In this document: in pieces, positions 33,611 to 42,965 of the stretch
Layout: each line of letters opens with the position of its first letter
Position numbering within the stretch: the stretch's first letter is position 1
NCBI GenBank assembly: GCA_964637515.1
Contig: CAZWUI010000001.1
Span: forward strand, 45,739 to 109,738
Origin: an uncultured Bacteroidaceae bacterium
GTDB taxonomy: Bacteria > Bacillota > Clostridia > Christensenellales > CAG-917
Direction: 5' to 3'
Length of the DNA: 64,000 nucleotides
Notes under the pieces: generated by a model
What the model saw: only the letters and a program-made list of their open reading frames with translations
Database searches by the model: none
Told to the model about the DNA's origin: nothing
Position numbers and translations under genes: made by a program

Positions 33611-33814
33611 TAGTATTTTGAAAAAAACGGCAGCTGTAAAATTTTCTCAATCGGGTTTGAAAATCGAAAATTAGCAACTTCGTTGCTAAATTTTTTGGCT
33701 CACCGCAGTATATTGGGGTGTGCCGAGTCGTACGACCACAATATAAAGCGTATCAAAAAATTCTCGTTTTCGCTAAATTTCGCAAATTTTATGCAAAATT
33801 TTTTTCGGTTTTGC

Positions 33815-33854
33815 ATAAAAAACGGCGCCCTTTTCAGTAGTCGAAAGGGGCGCC
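33815..33854 (-). terminator. rho-independent terminator of the upstream (mutarotase-like) gene, insulating the giant gene
   Basis: Minus strand has a 12-bp GC-rich stem ggcgcccctttc/gaaaagggcgcc (33843-33854 / 33824-33835) followed by gTTTTTTat. A second AT-rich hairpin (atgcaaaa/ttttgcat) lies at about 33790-33818. Confidence 0.75.
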
Positions 33855-33874
33855 GCGATGAAATTTTTTTGTGC

Positions 33875-34732
33875 TTAATCAAAAAATTCGGGGGTGTCGA
33901 TTATCTCGAATTTTTGTACTAACGACATTTCGCTTTTGCCGTCGTTGCACTCGCCGAGCCATTCTACTTCGAGAATGTGTTGGTTGGTATAGGTCTCAAA
34001 ATTGCATCCGAAATCGCTATATTTTCCGTCTGCGGAAGGAGGTGAAACCGTCCATTTTAGAGTCTTGTTTCCGACGGAATAATACGCTCTGCCCTTTTTG
34101 GAATACAGACCGAGTTTCAATGCTTCCGGCTTGCTTGTTTGACTTACTTCAAGCAAATCGTGAGTGAGTTTTACCCTCTCGTCACGCAAGTCGTTATATG
34201 GCCAAATGACGATATTTTGGGAGGGATTCAAGTCGTCCACGGGGTCATTGAGCGGGACGTGCAATACGCCGTTTTTTGCAACGACGGTCAACGCCCAAAC
34301 GAAGAACTTTTGACCAGAAAAACGACTTAAAACATCGTTTTTGACACTTAAACCGCCGTTTTCGTCCATTTTGACGGTTATCTTATACGAGAATTTTTTG
34401 GAGGCTTCGGAGTGGAAAACTCCGCCGAAACCGTCGTCGTCTATCTCGTGATGGACGGGGTAATTGTCGGGGGTGTAAGTCGCCATATCTTCGGGGGACT
34501 TCCACACGCGATGACCGCCGTAGAGATACCAAGTTTCACCGGGTTTATACTCCTCGTCGAAGTAAGGACCGCTCTTGTTTACGTTGCGCTCGATATCCTC
34601 GTTCATAAAGTTGAAATCGGGAGTGCCGTAGTAGATGATACGCGGCCCCAAATCAACGGTCACGAGAGCGATGAGACCGCCCCTTTCAAACTTCGCGCAT
34701 TTGCCGTAGTTTTTGTAATTTACGTATTGCAT
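33875..34732 (-). CDS. galactose-mutarotase-like / DUF4380-like beta-sandwich protein (function uncertain)
   Basis: 285 aa with no signal peptide, beginning MQYVNYKNYGKCAKFERGGLIALVTVDLGPRIIYYG..GGHRVWKSPED.., which resembles DUF4380/aldose-epimerase-like proteins. Start ATG 34732 with SD AAAGGTGG; track start 34747 rejected. Confidence 0.45.
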   Translation of the reverse strand: MQYVNYKNYGKCAKFERGGLIALVTVDLGPRIIYYGTPDFNFMNEDIERNVNKSGPYFDEEYKPGETWYLYGGHRVWKSPEDMATYTPDNYPVHHEIDDDGFGGVFHSEASKKFSYKITVKMDENGGLSVKNDVLSRFSGQKFFVWALTVVAKNGVLHVPLNDPVDDLNPSQNIVIWPYNDLRDERVKLTHDLLEVSQTSKPEALKLGLYSKKGRAYYSVGNKTLKWTVSPPSADGKYSDFGCNFETYTNQHILEVEWLGECNDGKSEMSLVQKFEIIDTPEFFD

Positions 34733-35007
34733 AATACCACCTTTCATCGCAGGGGGTGCGACGGCTATGATTTTCTGACATTAGGAAAACTCTTGCATTT
34801 TCTCACGAGCGCATTTCAAAAAAGCAGCAATTCTCGCCGTTTTCAATTCACTATTGTAAATTGCTACACGGCTTGTCGCAAAAATAGTGCGCTTATGGGT
34901 TTTGCATTCAAAACACTTTCGCCCTTAATTCTTTTGCGAAAAGCGTTTTAGCTTATATCTCTTTTTGTAGCAATCGTTTTGCTCAAAAGCTTTTTGGTAG
35001 TTTTGTT

Positions 35008-36537
35008 TTAGAGTTTTCTACCCTTTTGCGCTTTCAAGGCGTTGATTGCGGATTTTATCGCAACCACGTCGAGTGCGTTGAGTCCGAATTTTATCGTGCT
35101 CCAAGCACCCTTAAACGGATTGGGGTTTGAATCTTTCAATTCCGCGAAAGTCTTGTCTTCCGCCTGCATAATTCCGAGGACGTTGAGGAGTCTATCTTCA
35201 AAGTCTGAATAATTCTTTTCTCCGTCATACCAACCGCTTTCTGCGACCGCTATAACACGCGGAAACGCTTGATAGTAAAGTTTCTCGACGGTGGGGACGT
35301 ATTCAGTCCAAAGAGGGCATTCGACGCCTATGACGTTTTTCTTTTCCTCATCCGAGAAAAGTTCGGTTGGGTTATACTTGTAAGTGTCCTTTACCGACGT
35401 CATACCGTAGGTGTAATCAAGGTAATACGGCAGGCATTTGCTGACGATGACTTTGCGCCCCTTTCTCAAAGCGCGAGCAACTCTTTCCGCTCTCTTTCCG
35501 TCCGACCAATATTGGCAAGTCGCGCTCTCGTCGAGAGTGCCGGAATAGATAGCCTCATTCCACACAATCGGGGTTTTACCGTGCGATTTCAGCATATTAA
35601 TCACTCGATTTGTGAAATAACCTTGCAACTCTTCAAAGTTTTTCAAGTTCTCGGTTTTGAGTTTTTCTTTGCATTTATCGCAATTTTCCCAATGCGTTTT
35701 CGGCACTTCGTCTCCGCCCAAATGGAAGTATTTTGACGGGAATAATTCGATGACTTCGGCAATGAGTTTTTCAAGAAATTCATAGTTCTCTTCCTTGCCC
35801 GCACACATAATTCTTTCGTCTATTCCAAAGCGTTCTCCCACTTCGTATTGTTCCCCCGTACACCCTAGTTCGGGCATTGCTGCAAGCAGCGCAAGGGTGT
35901 GTCCTGGAAGGTCGATTTCGGGGATGATTTCAATATATCTGTCCGCTGCATATTTTACGATTTCGTGCACGTCGTCTTGCGTGAAATATCCGCCTACGGG
36001 AATGCCGTCCCCGCGGGTGCATTTACGCATGCTTCCCTTTTCGTTTAAGACGGGAAAAACTTTGCTTTCAAGTCTATATCCTTGATTGTCACTCAAGTGC
36101 AAATGAAATTTGTTCACTTTGATGAGCGCAAGGGAATCTATGAGTCCCAAGATGACGTCCTTGTCGAAGAAATGTCTGACTACGTCGAGCATAAAGCTTC
36201 TATATTCAAAGCGCGGTTTGTCCTTTACGACACAGTTTTCAATGGTGGCGACGCCGTCCTTATATCCGTCGAAAATCAACTGTTTGAGAGTCATCGCGCC
36301 GTGGAAAAGACCTTCGTCGGTGTTTGCGATGACTTTTATTGAACCGTCAACGATCAATTCGTAGTCGTAGTCCGTCTTTGCGATTTCAAAAACTGCGGTA
36401 TTTTCGTCGCATTTTTCGTAGTCAAGGAAGGCAAGCGCACCTTTGATCACGTCGTTTGCGACAACTGCCGTCGAAGCGGAAAAACGTGTCTGCCCCGATT
36501 TTTGCGTGTAAGAATATGGTTTTGGAACTATTTTCAT
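35008..36537 (-). CDS. GH20 beta-N-acetylhexosaminidase
   Basis: Shows RSFMLDVVRHFF, KFHLHLSDNQGYRLE and the catalytic HLGGDEV block, plus a GH20b-like N-domain (MKIVPKPYSYTQ). Start ATG 36537 with SD AGAGGTGA; the track's 87-aa N-terminal extension was rejected. Confidence 0.9.
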   Translation of the reverse strand: MKIVPKPYSYTQKSGQTRFSASTAVVANDVIKGALAFLDYEKCDENTAVFEIAKTDYDYELIVDGSIKVIANTDEGLFHGAMTLKQLIFDGYKDGVATIENCVVKDKPRFEYRSFMLDVVRHFFDKDVILGLIDSLALIKVNKFHLHLSDNQGYRLESKVFPVLNEKGSMRKCTRGDGIPVGGYFTQDDVHEIVKYAADRYIEIIPEIDLPGHTLALLAAMPELGCTGEQYEVGERFGIDERIMCAGKEENYEFLEKLIAEVIELFPSKYFHLGGDEVPKTHWENCDKCKEKLKTENLKNFEELQGYFTNRVINMLKSHGKTPIVWNEAIYSGTLDESATCQYWSDGKRAERVARALRKGRKVIVSKCLPYYLDYTYGMTSVKDTYKYNPTELFSDEEKKNVIGVECPLWTEYVPTVEKLYYQAFPRVIAVAESGWYDGEKNYSDFEDRLLNVLGIMQAEDKTFAELKDSNPNPFKGAWSTIKFGLNALDVVAIKSAINALKAQKGRKL

Positions 36538-36659
36538 AATATTCACCTCTTGATTTATTTTATCAAAACCGCATATATAAGTCAATATATGACTTTTAAA
36601 TTCTTCTATCGCGCGCAGGCAAAATTGACAACTCATACGTTTCGTGCTATCCTTGAAGA

Positions 36660-37157
36660 ATGAAAGCAGGCGGATTTCTTCTCGGTAGTACGCTGACGGC
36701 GGCATTGGGCGTCGGTTGGAAAGTCGTAAAATTTCTCGCAGAATGGCTCGGGAAGGCGATTTACTATTTCGGCTTGTACTATCCCCTGCTCTACGCAATA
36801 TACGGAGTGTTGCTCTATTTCATCTTCGGGCTCAACCCCTTCGACCTGACAACAGACGGCAGACTGTACATATTCGGTTTTGCATTGTCGGTGGTTGCGT
36901 GCGTTATACAGGCAGTGAAAAACCTGATCGTGAAACCCTACCGCAAATACTTCAAGAAGACGGATATAATCGAATATAGTGCGGATGACAAACTCTCGAA
37001 AAACGCACCCGAAGCACCGAAAATCTACAAAAGCAGGAGCAGCGACTATATAGTCTACGAATACGAAAACCGCTACGACTTGTACGAAGATACCGAAGAC
37101 GGCGCGCGCTACGTGAAGACGGAATACAAGCAAAAAGCAAAAGGAAAAAGATGGTGA
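36660..37157 (+). CDS. hypothetical membrane protein (3 TM) with Tyr/acidic cytoplasmic tail
   Basis: Hydrophobic N-half and a charged tail (IYKSRSSDYIVYEYENRYDLYEDTEDGARYVKTEY). Its stop overlaps the start of the next gene (ATGgTGA). No family recognised. Confidence 0.5.
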   Translation: MKAGGFLLGSTLTAALGVGWKVVKFLAEWLGKAIYYFGLYYPLLYAIYGVLLYFIFGLNPFDLTTDGRLYIFGFALSVVACVIQAVKNLIVKPYRKYFKKTDIIEYSADDKLSKNAPEAPKIYKSRSSDYIVYEYENRYDLYEDTEDGARYVKTEYKQKAKGKRW

Positions 37158-38095
37158 CAAACGAAAACGTTGCGAATACGGTCGAAACGACGACAGAAAC
37201 TACGGACAAAACCGTAGGCATTTTGTCCTATCTCAAAACGCCTACGGCCAAAAAACGCATATGGGAGATAGATTTTCTCCGCGGTTTTTGTATATTCCTT
37301 ATGCTTTTCGACCACGCCGCACTTATGCTTGCAAGTTATTTCGGCCCGTCTTGGTACGGCGGACGAGCGGCGATGCACGCATCCGAATTGTTCGGTGCAA
37401 AACTCTGCACTCTTTGCGAAACTTACTACTATTATAGCACACTGCGCGAGATAGGACACCCTATCGTGCTGTTCATATTCTTCTCGATTTCGGGAATATC
37501 CTGTGCCTTTTCTCGCTCAAATTTGAAACGCGGAATACAACTTGCGGTGGTTTCACTCGTCTACACTCTCGTCACCTACGTGCTTGACGAAACGATGTCG
37601 CTTGGTTGTTTCACGACTTTCGGGGTGTTGCACTTCTATGCGTTTTGCATAATCTTCTGGGCGCTCGCAAGCAAAATGTGCAAGGATAACGTCATCGCAA
37701 AAACCATGATTAGCGGATTTATGGTTATGCTCGTGGCGGTGCTATACTACTGTTACACTCCCCCTGCGGACACTCCCGAATGGTTATTCTTCGTGTTCAG
37801 CCCCAAAAACGCGGACGGCACTCCCGTCGGATTCTATTCCCAAAGCGCAATGTCCCCGGGAGATTTATTCACGCTAATACCGTGGTCGGCATTCTTCTTT
37901 GCGGGCACGTTTTTGCAACCCTTCCTTTATTCGAAAAAGCGCAGCCTACTCCCCGCTCTCGACCACAAATGGAATAGACCTATGTGTTTCATCGGACGGC
38001 ACGCACTGCTCTTTTATATTCTGCACGTAGTCGTCATCGCAATCGTACTTATGCTCGTCAGTCAAATCTTCTTTGGAACGTGGGGGCTGATATAA
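37151..38095 (+). CDS. DUF1624 / heparan-alpha-glucosaminide N-acetyltransferase (HGSNAT)-like membrane acyltransferase
   Basis: Signature RIWEIDFLRGFCIFLMLFDHAALML followed by about 9 further TM helices. Confidence 0.7.
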   Translation: MVTNENVANTVETTTETTDKTVGILSYLKTPTAKKRIWEIDFLRGFCIFLMLFDHAALMLASYFGPSWYGGRAAMHASELFGAKLCTLCETYYYYSTLREIGHPIVLFIFFSISGISCAFSRSNLKRGIQLAVVSLVYTLVTYVLDETMSLGCFTTFGVLHFYAFCIIFWALASKMCKDNVIAKTMISGFMVMLVAVLYYCYTPPADTPEWLFFVFSPKNADGTPVGFYSQSAMSPGDLFTLIPWSAFFFAGTFLQPFLYSKKRSLLPALDHKWNRPMCFIGRHALLFYILHVVVIAIVLMLVSQIFFGTWGLI

Positions 38096-38221
38096 AACGC
38101 ATTCTTGCGAAAGCAGTTTTAATGAAATACGCGACTTCCGTCGCGTGTGATATACTTGCTTTGCAAGCATGATATATGTCACATTAATGCCAATACATTC
38201 CAAACGTCGCAAATAACAAAA

Positions 38222-38245
38222 ACGCCGTTTTATGCGGCGTTTTTT
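38222..38245. terminator. bidirectional terminator
   Basis: acgccg (38222-38227) pairs with cggcgt (38235-38240). It is flanked by an A-run and TTTTT(T), between convergent genes. Confidence 0.6.
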
Positions 38246-38284
38246 GATTTGTTAAGGGTTGATTTTGAGATTTGCGGTGAAAAA

Positions 38285-38869
38285 TCAGATTTGCGTGGTG
38301 CGGTGTTTTTTGCCACCTGCGGGGACGAGTTGCAACATAAAGTTTCTTGCGTTGTCGCTCTCTTTTCTCGACACTTGACGAGTCAAACATTGCACGAATC
38401 TGCTCGGTTGCGTGATGCCTTTGATGAGCACCGGATCGGATGCGTCGGTGTAGATTTCAACCGTGCCGTATCCAAACAATCTTTCCATAAATCTTTGGTT
38501 GTATTTCACGCCCTTGATTTGTTCGAGCGGCATTTGCGCTTCAAACACGCCCATGCGTTTGTTGAGCATTCTCACCACAAATTTTTTGTCGGTGATGATA
38601 GCCTCTTTCTCGTATCTGAAAATACTCTCGATGACGAGCACCGCAAACACAAATGCGCCTGCGCCTATCATTGCGTATTTCAAAACGGTTTCCGAGAGAA
38701 TCGTTTTGCCAAGAAAGCCGTTTATCTCGTCCGTGAAAATCCAAAGCACCGCGATGATTCCGCCGAGAATTGCGGCAAGCAAAATTTCATGCCAAAAAAC
38801 CCAGCAACTGAATTTTGCCTTTGCAACTATACGTTCGGATTTTGAGTAGGTTTTTTCGAGAGTTCTCAT
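38285..38869 (-). CDS. bacterial PH-domain (bPH_2, YdbS/YdbT-like) membrane protein
   Basis: Two TM helices, then ..ITDKKFVVRMLNKRMGVFEAQMPLEQIKGVKYNQRFMERLFGYGTVEIYT..LIKGITQPSRF, the typical bPH_2 pattern. Confidence 0.7.
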   Translation of the reverse strand: MRTLEKTYSKSERIVAKAKFSCWVFWHEILLAAILGGIIAVLWIFTDEINGFLGKTILSETVLKYAMIGAGAFVFAVLVIESIFRYEKEAIITDKKFVVRMLNKRMGVFEAQMPLEQIKGVKYNQRFMERLFGYGTVEIYTDASDPVLIKGITQPSRFVQCLTRQVSRKESDNARNFMLQLVPAGGKKHRTTQI

Positions 38870-38900
38870 ATTCTTATTCTAAATCCTATCTCTGCGATTG

Positions 38901-40826
38901 TCAACCTTTGTAGCAAGGCGGAAATTGGCACATTCTGACCGAAGTGCATCCAAACGGCACGAAAGTGCGCTCGATGCTCTCTTCGGAGAAAGACGGTTTT
39001 CTGGGTATCGAGCAGTTTCCGGACGTGTCGAAATCCCAATTCGTCACGTTTTTGCACCTGACTTTGATTTCAAACGGCGGTCTTTCGTGGTCGTAGGGGA
39101 TTGCGCCTATATCGTTCACGAAAGTCTGCTCATTGTCGTAAAGGCGTCTGACTCCGTCTGCGGAGCGTTTGTCCACGACGGGTGTGAAATTCCAACGTTT
39201 TGCGAAATTTACGTAGTAGATATGTCTGTCCATACTCACTCTCGTTTCGCTTGCGATCTTCGATGCAAGAAGAACGTTGCCCTTGTACATTGAGAGCGTA
39301 CCGTCCTTATTTTCGAGCACCGAAAGGGGTATGTCGAGTTTGAGCATAAACGTACTGCCCGTTTTCAAAACGCACTTGACGGATATGACGTCGTCACCGC
39401 TTGCGACGACCTGACCGCCCGATATGAGTTGCATAGTCGTATGGGCGGGCACTCTGAAATTGATTTTGATTTCCGGATCGCCGTCCGCCTGTTCGACTTT
39501 GAAAACTATCGCATTGCGGAAAGGATAGGCAGTGTCTTCTTTTATCCTTATTCTGCTCCCCGAGACGACCGTATCAATCGTGCAAGGCGCATAAGTCAAG
39601 AAATTGAGCTCCTTATCTCTGGTCATACAAATGGACTTGATGAAAAGCGGATATGCGGAAATGAATGAAATTGCGCCCCTTGACAACAGTCCGCCGAAGT
39701 AGGCGTTGCCGTATTCGCATTCTTTGAGATTTTCTTTCATCTCTACGGACGCTTCGAGTTGGTTGGGGACTGCTATATCCTGCACCGCTCTGACGTCGTC
39801 GAAAGCGGAAGCGGGGATAAGGTTAAAGACGATTTTTTCAATCAAATCCGCGACTGTGAAATCACCGGTTTCCGCCAAGACTTCCACGAGCGACTCAACC
39901 GTTTCGACGGCAGATTCGACGTCGATACCGCGAGTCGGGGAAGTGCCTGCAAGACGGAAATCTGCAGAAAACGCACCCGTTGCGTTGCCGTGATACCTTT
40001 CGAGTGCGGAAATCATCTTGATAGAGAGATTTCTAAGCTCCGCATCCCCTATAAATCTGCCGTAAGTGCAAGGGTATTTTATTGCTTTTGCAATGCTCAC
40101 ACCGCTTGTTTCGACCGCCACTTGATGCGCACGTTTCTTCCATTCCGAGTTTGCCTTGTCCACGGACAAGGATTTGACGGAATCCGACGACGGATTCTCG
40201 TATTCTTCGATTTTTTTGCGCAACTTTTTGAGATGCAAGGTGTTTAGGTATCTTCCCGACGGGTGTTTGTAGCGGAATTTCACCGCAAGTTTGAACCAAT
40301 CGTTGCTTGCATCTCTCAACTTCTCGCCAAGGTCGTGCAACCATTCGCTATCCGTTTCCTTGAAAACGGCTTCGATTGCGGGGATTTCTTCGAGAAGTCT
40401 TGCGCGGGACTGATACCAACAAGGAGTCACCGAAAAGGTGTTGAACTGACTCTTGAAAAATTTCCGTAGGAAATTGAGCGCGCGTTCGTCACCCGTCAGC
40501 TCGAAGTAGGACAAAACCGTTTTCACCGCTTCGATTTTCGGTGAGATGAATTTGCCTTCGGGGCCGAAGTTTCCGCCTTCGTTTGCGCTTGCGAAAATAG
40601 GAGCAACGTAGCTTTCCGCTTTTTCGAGCAAAACCCTGTCCCCCGTCACGCCCGCAAGCAAAATCAGTCCACGCACGTATCGCGGAAATGCTTCGCCGTT
40701 CGTCCAAGCGCCGTCCGTCAACAATCCGTCCGTACCGCCAAGTCGCTTTTGCAAGTCGTTCGCAAGGCGGAGTTGGCTATATAACCAACCGTCCGGGCGT
40801 ATCGACCCGATGGGGAGCGTATTCAT
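38901..40826 (-). CDS. GH127/GH146-like (DUF1680-type) glycoside hydrolase, beta-L-arabinofuranosidase-like
   Basis: About 640 aa with no signal peptide. The N-terminal (alpha/alpha)6-like region (GEAFPRYVRGLILLAGVTGDRVLLEKAESYV..) and a beta-rich C-terminus resemble the HypBA1 family. Start ATG 40826 versus GTG 40883 is unresolved. Confidence 0.5.
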   Translation of the reverse strand: MNTLPIGSIRPDGWLYSQLRLANDLQKRLGGTDGLLTDGAWTNGEAFPRYVRGLILLAGVTGDRVLLEKAESYVAPIFASANEGGNFGPEGKFISPKIEAVKTVLSYFELTGDERALNFLRKFFKSQFNTFSVTPCWYQSRARLLEEIPAIEAVFKETDSEWLHDLGEKLRDASNDWFKLAVKFRYKHPSGRYLNTLHLKKLRKKIEEYENPSSDSVKSLSVDKANSEWKKRAHQVAVETSGVSIAKAIKYPCTYGRFIGDAELRNLSIKMISALERYHGNATGAFSADFRLAGTSPTRGIDVESAVETVESLVEVLAETGDFTVADLIEKIVFNLIPASAFDDVRAVQDIAVPNQLEASVEMKENLKECEYGNAYFGGLLSRGAISFISAYPLFIKSICMTRDKELNFLTYAPCTIDTVVSGSRIRIKEDTAYPFRNAIVFKVEQADGDPEIKINFRVPAHTTMQLISGGQVVASGDDVISVKCVLKTGSTFMLKLDIPLSVLENKDGTLSMYKGNVLLASKIASETRVSMDRHIYYVNFAKRWNFTPVVDKRSADGVRRLYDNEQTFVNDIGAIPYDHERPPFEIKVRCKNVTNWDFDTSGNCSIPRKPSFSEESIERTFVPFGCTSVRMCQFPPCYKG

Positions 40827-40970
40827 TTTTTGAACAATGAGTTTTGCCAAATCGTACCTCTTCCGTCGTGCGCACTCGCGCACGCTTGTATAATAAATCT
40901 ATCACACAAAATTGACAAATGCAAGAGTATGAATTAAACTTTAGAAAACAATGAATTTTCGGAGGCAATA

Positions 40971-42191
40971 ATGAAGTATGCGTTAGTGTTGGGCGACGGT
41001 ATGGCGGATTACCCCATAGACGCCCTCGGCGGAAAGACTCCGCTTGCGGTCGCAAACAAGCCTTATATGAATACGTTGGCAAAGTCGGGCAAAGTCGGAA
41101 TGGTGAAGACGGTCCCCGACGGAATGAAACCGGGAAGCGACGTCGCAAATCTCGGCGCTCTCGGCTACGACGCAAGAAAATGCTATACGGGGCGCAGTCC
41201 GCTCGAAGCGTTGTCGATCGGCATAGACCTTGCCGACGACGACCTTGCAATCCGAACGAATCTCGTGACGTTGTCCGACGACGAGCCGTTTGAAAGCAAA
41301 GTTATGCTCGACTACTCGGCGGGAGAAATCACGACGGAAGAAAGCACCGAACTAATCAATTTCATCGGCGAAAAACTTGGAAGCGAACTTGTGAAATTCT
41401 ATCCGGGCGTTAGTTATCGTCATTGCCTTATCGTGTCGAAATTCTCACCCGAAAACGCAAGCAAAATCACTTTCACACCGCCCCACGACATAAGCGGAAA
41501 AGTCATCGGAAACTATCTGCCGACGGGGCTTATGAGTGAAAAATTCGAAGACCTTATGCGCCGCTCAAACGAACTGCTCACAAATCATCCGATAAACCAA
41601 AAACGCATTTTATCCGGCAAAAAACCTGCAAACAACCTATGGTTTTGGGGACAAGGCACAAAACCTGTGCTTGAAAACTTCAAGGGAAAATACGGCAAAA
41701 ACGGCGGCATGATTTCGGCGGTCGATCTGCTCAAAGGCATTGCGATAGGATCGGGAATGACAAGCGTTGACGTCGTCGGTGCGACAGGCACTCTCGACTC
41801 GAATTTCGACGGAAAAGCGCAAGCTGCAATCGATCTTTTCAAGAAGGGTACGGACTTTGTTTTCATTCATCTCGAAGCACCCGACGAATGCGGTCATCAA
41901 GGTGATTTGCAAGGCAAAATCAAGGCTATCGAAACAATCGACGAAAAGATTTTGAAACCCGTCTACGACTATTTGAAAGATAGCGGAGAGGACTTTGCAA
42001 TTCTCGTGATGCCCGACCACCGCACCCCCCTTGCTATTCGCACACACTCATCTGAGCCTGTGCCATTCCTTATGTATTCTTCGATGAGCAACCTTGGCGG
42101 AGCGGACGGATATGATGAATTTGTTGCCGAAAACGGCGACTACTTCCCTTCCCCGGACCTACTTTTGAACGAACTGTTTTCGCGCAACTGA
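40971..42191 (+). CDS. apgM: cofactor-independent phosphoglycerate mutase, archaeal/ApgM type
   Basis: MKYALVLGDGMADYP..GKTPL..ANKPYMN.LA..G..G.V.TVP.GM.PGSDVANL..LGYD, plus ..HLEAPDECGHQGD.. and ..VMPDHRTP.., all hallmarks of this metalloenzyme family. SD GGAGG precedes the start. Confidence 0.85.
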   Translation: MKYALVLGDGMADYPIDALGGKTPLAVANKPYMNTLAKSGKVGMVKTVPDGMKPGSDVANLGALGYDARKCYTGRSPLEALSIGIDLADDDLAIRTNLVTLSDDEPFESKVMLDYSAGEITTEESTELINFIGEKLGSELVKFYPGVSYRHCLIVSKFSPENASKITFTPPHDISGKVIGNYLPTGLMSEKFEDLMRRSNELLTNHPINQKRILSGKKPANNLWFWGQGTKPVLENFKGKYGKNGGMISAVDLLKGIAIGSGMTSVDVVGATGTLDSNFDGKAQAAIDLFKKGTDFVFIHLEAPDECGHQGDLQGKIKAIETIDEKILKPVYDYLKDSGEDFAILVMPDHRTPLAIRTHSSEPVPFLMYSSMSNLGGADGYDEFVAENGDYFPSPDLLLNELFSRN

Positions 42192-42202
42192 TACCTACAA
42201 AC

Positions 42203-42235
42203 GAAAAAACGGAGTGCGTTTGCACTCCGTTTTTG
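42203..42235. terminator. bidirectional rho-independent terminator
   Basis: cggagtgc (42210-42217) pairs with gcactccg (42222-42229), with a gttt loop. It is flanked by AAAAAA and TTTTT. Confidence 0.7.
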
Positions 42236-42254
42236 TTCTATTTGAAAAATCTTT

Positions 42255-42965
42255 TTACTCTGTTTTTTCGTTTTTGACGGTTTCACCGTCGGGAGTTTTG
42301 TCTTCTGCGGTTTTGTTCTCTTGATTTGCGCTTGCCTTTTCGTGAGCGTATAGATGAGTGGTGGGCGCATCCGTTTCGGTGTGATAGATTTTCGACAAAA
42401 CTTTCGCTCTGAATTTGTCGTTTTTGCTCTTGCCGTTGACGAACGTCACCGCTTGCACGACCATATTTTTGCCCCTACGTTTCATCACTGCTTTCATCAC
42501 GATGAGTGCGATTTGGATTGCAAGTTGGACGATTGCGACAATCAGATAGACCACGACGATTGCGATTTCTTTCGCGCCCTCAAGACCGCCTTGCCTTGCG
42601 ATACCCGTCATGGAAACGATTGTGATGACAAGGAAAAGAATGTTGACGAGATATTTGAATATTTTTATGCCCTTTTTGTAAATTCCGAGCGCTTTTCGAC
42701 CGCCTTTTGCGTCGCGATTGTTGATTGCGATTGCGATAATCACGATGAAAACCACCACCCACACGACGAGAAGCACGACGAGCGCAACGCTAAATTCAGA
42801 CGGCACCCACTTGCGCGATATGAAAAATATCACCATAGCAATGGTGTAAATCACGCTTATAACCGACCAGACGAAGCCGAAATTTTCCGTCACTTTTTGG
42901 GGGCGGTAGACCTTCGTAACTTCGAGAGCGTCTGCGGGTTGAGTTTTATCCTTTTGCTTTTTCAT
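42255..42965 (-). CDS. hypothetical 4-TM membrane protein
   Basis: 236 aa with four long hydrophobic helices and Lys-rich loops. Its start overlaps the last 20 nt of the upstream condensation-like gene. No family recognised. Confidence 0.55.
   Translation of the reverse strand: MKKQKDKTQPADALEVTKVYRPQKVTENFGFVWSVISVIYTIAMVIFFISRKWVPSEFSVALVVLLVVWVVVFIVIIAIAINNRDAKGGRKALGIYKKGIKIFKYLVNILFLVITIVSMTGIARQGGLEGAKEIAIVVVYLIVAIVQLAIQIALIVMKAVMKRRGKNMVVQAVTFVNGKSKNDKFRAKVLSKIYHTETDAPTTHLYAHEKASANQENKTAEDKTPDGETVKNEKTE

Noticed and set aside
33520-33874. Small ORFs (33683..33922, 33700..33882, 33871..34167) in the giant-gene upstream region.
   Set aside because: The AT-rich intergenic region contains a promoter, two hairpins and a terminator. 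The ORFs have no SD, and their reading frames cross the terminator stems.
36538-36798. Long N-terminal extensions suggested by the ORF track. Examples: GH20 from 36798, DUF1858 from 4188, the Cys-rich protein from 58677, the condensation-like gene from 44277, and GH127-like from 40883.
   Set aside because: Internal ATGs preceded by good SD sequences coincide with the start of family-typical sequence. The extensions are basic or low-complexity and often overlap upstream genes or promoters. The GH127-like start remains genuinely ambiguous.
36633-37160. 175-aa '-' ORF antisense to the small membrane protein gene 36660..37157.
   Set aside because: The plus-strand ORF has clear TM helices and is translationally coupled to the DUF1624 gene. 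The minus ORF lacks an SD and would run into the GH20 promoter region.
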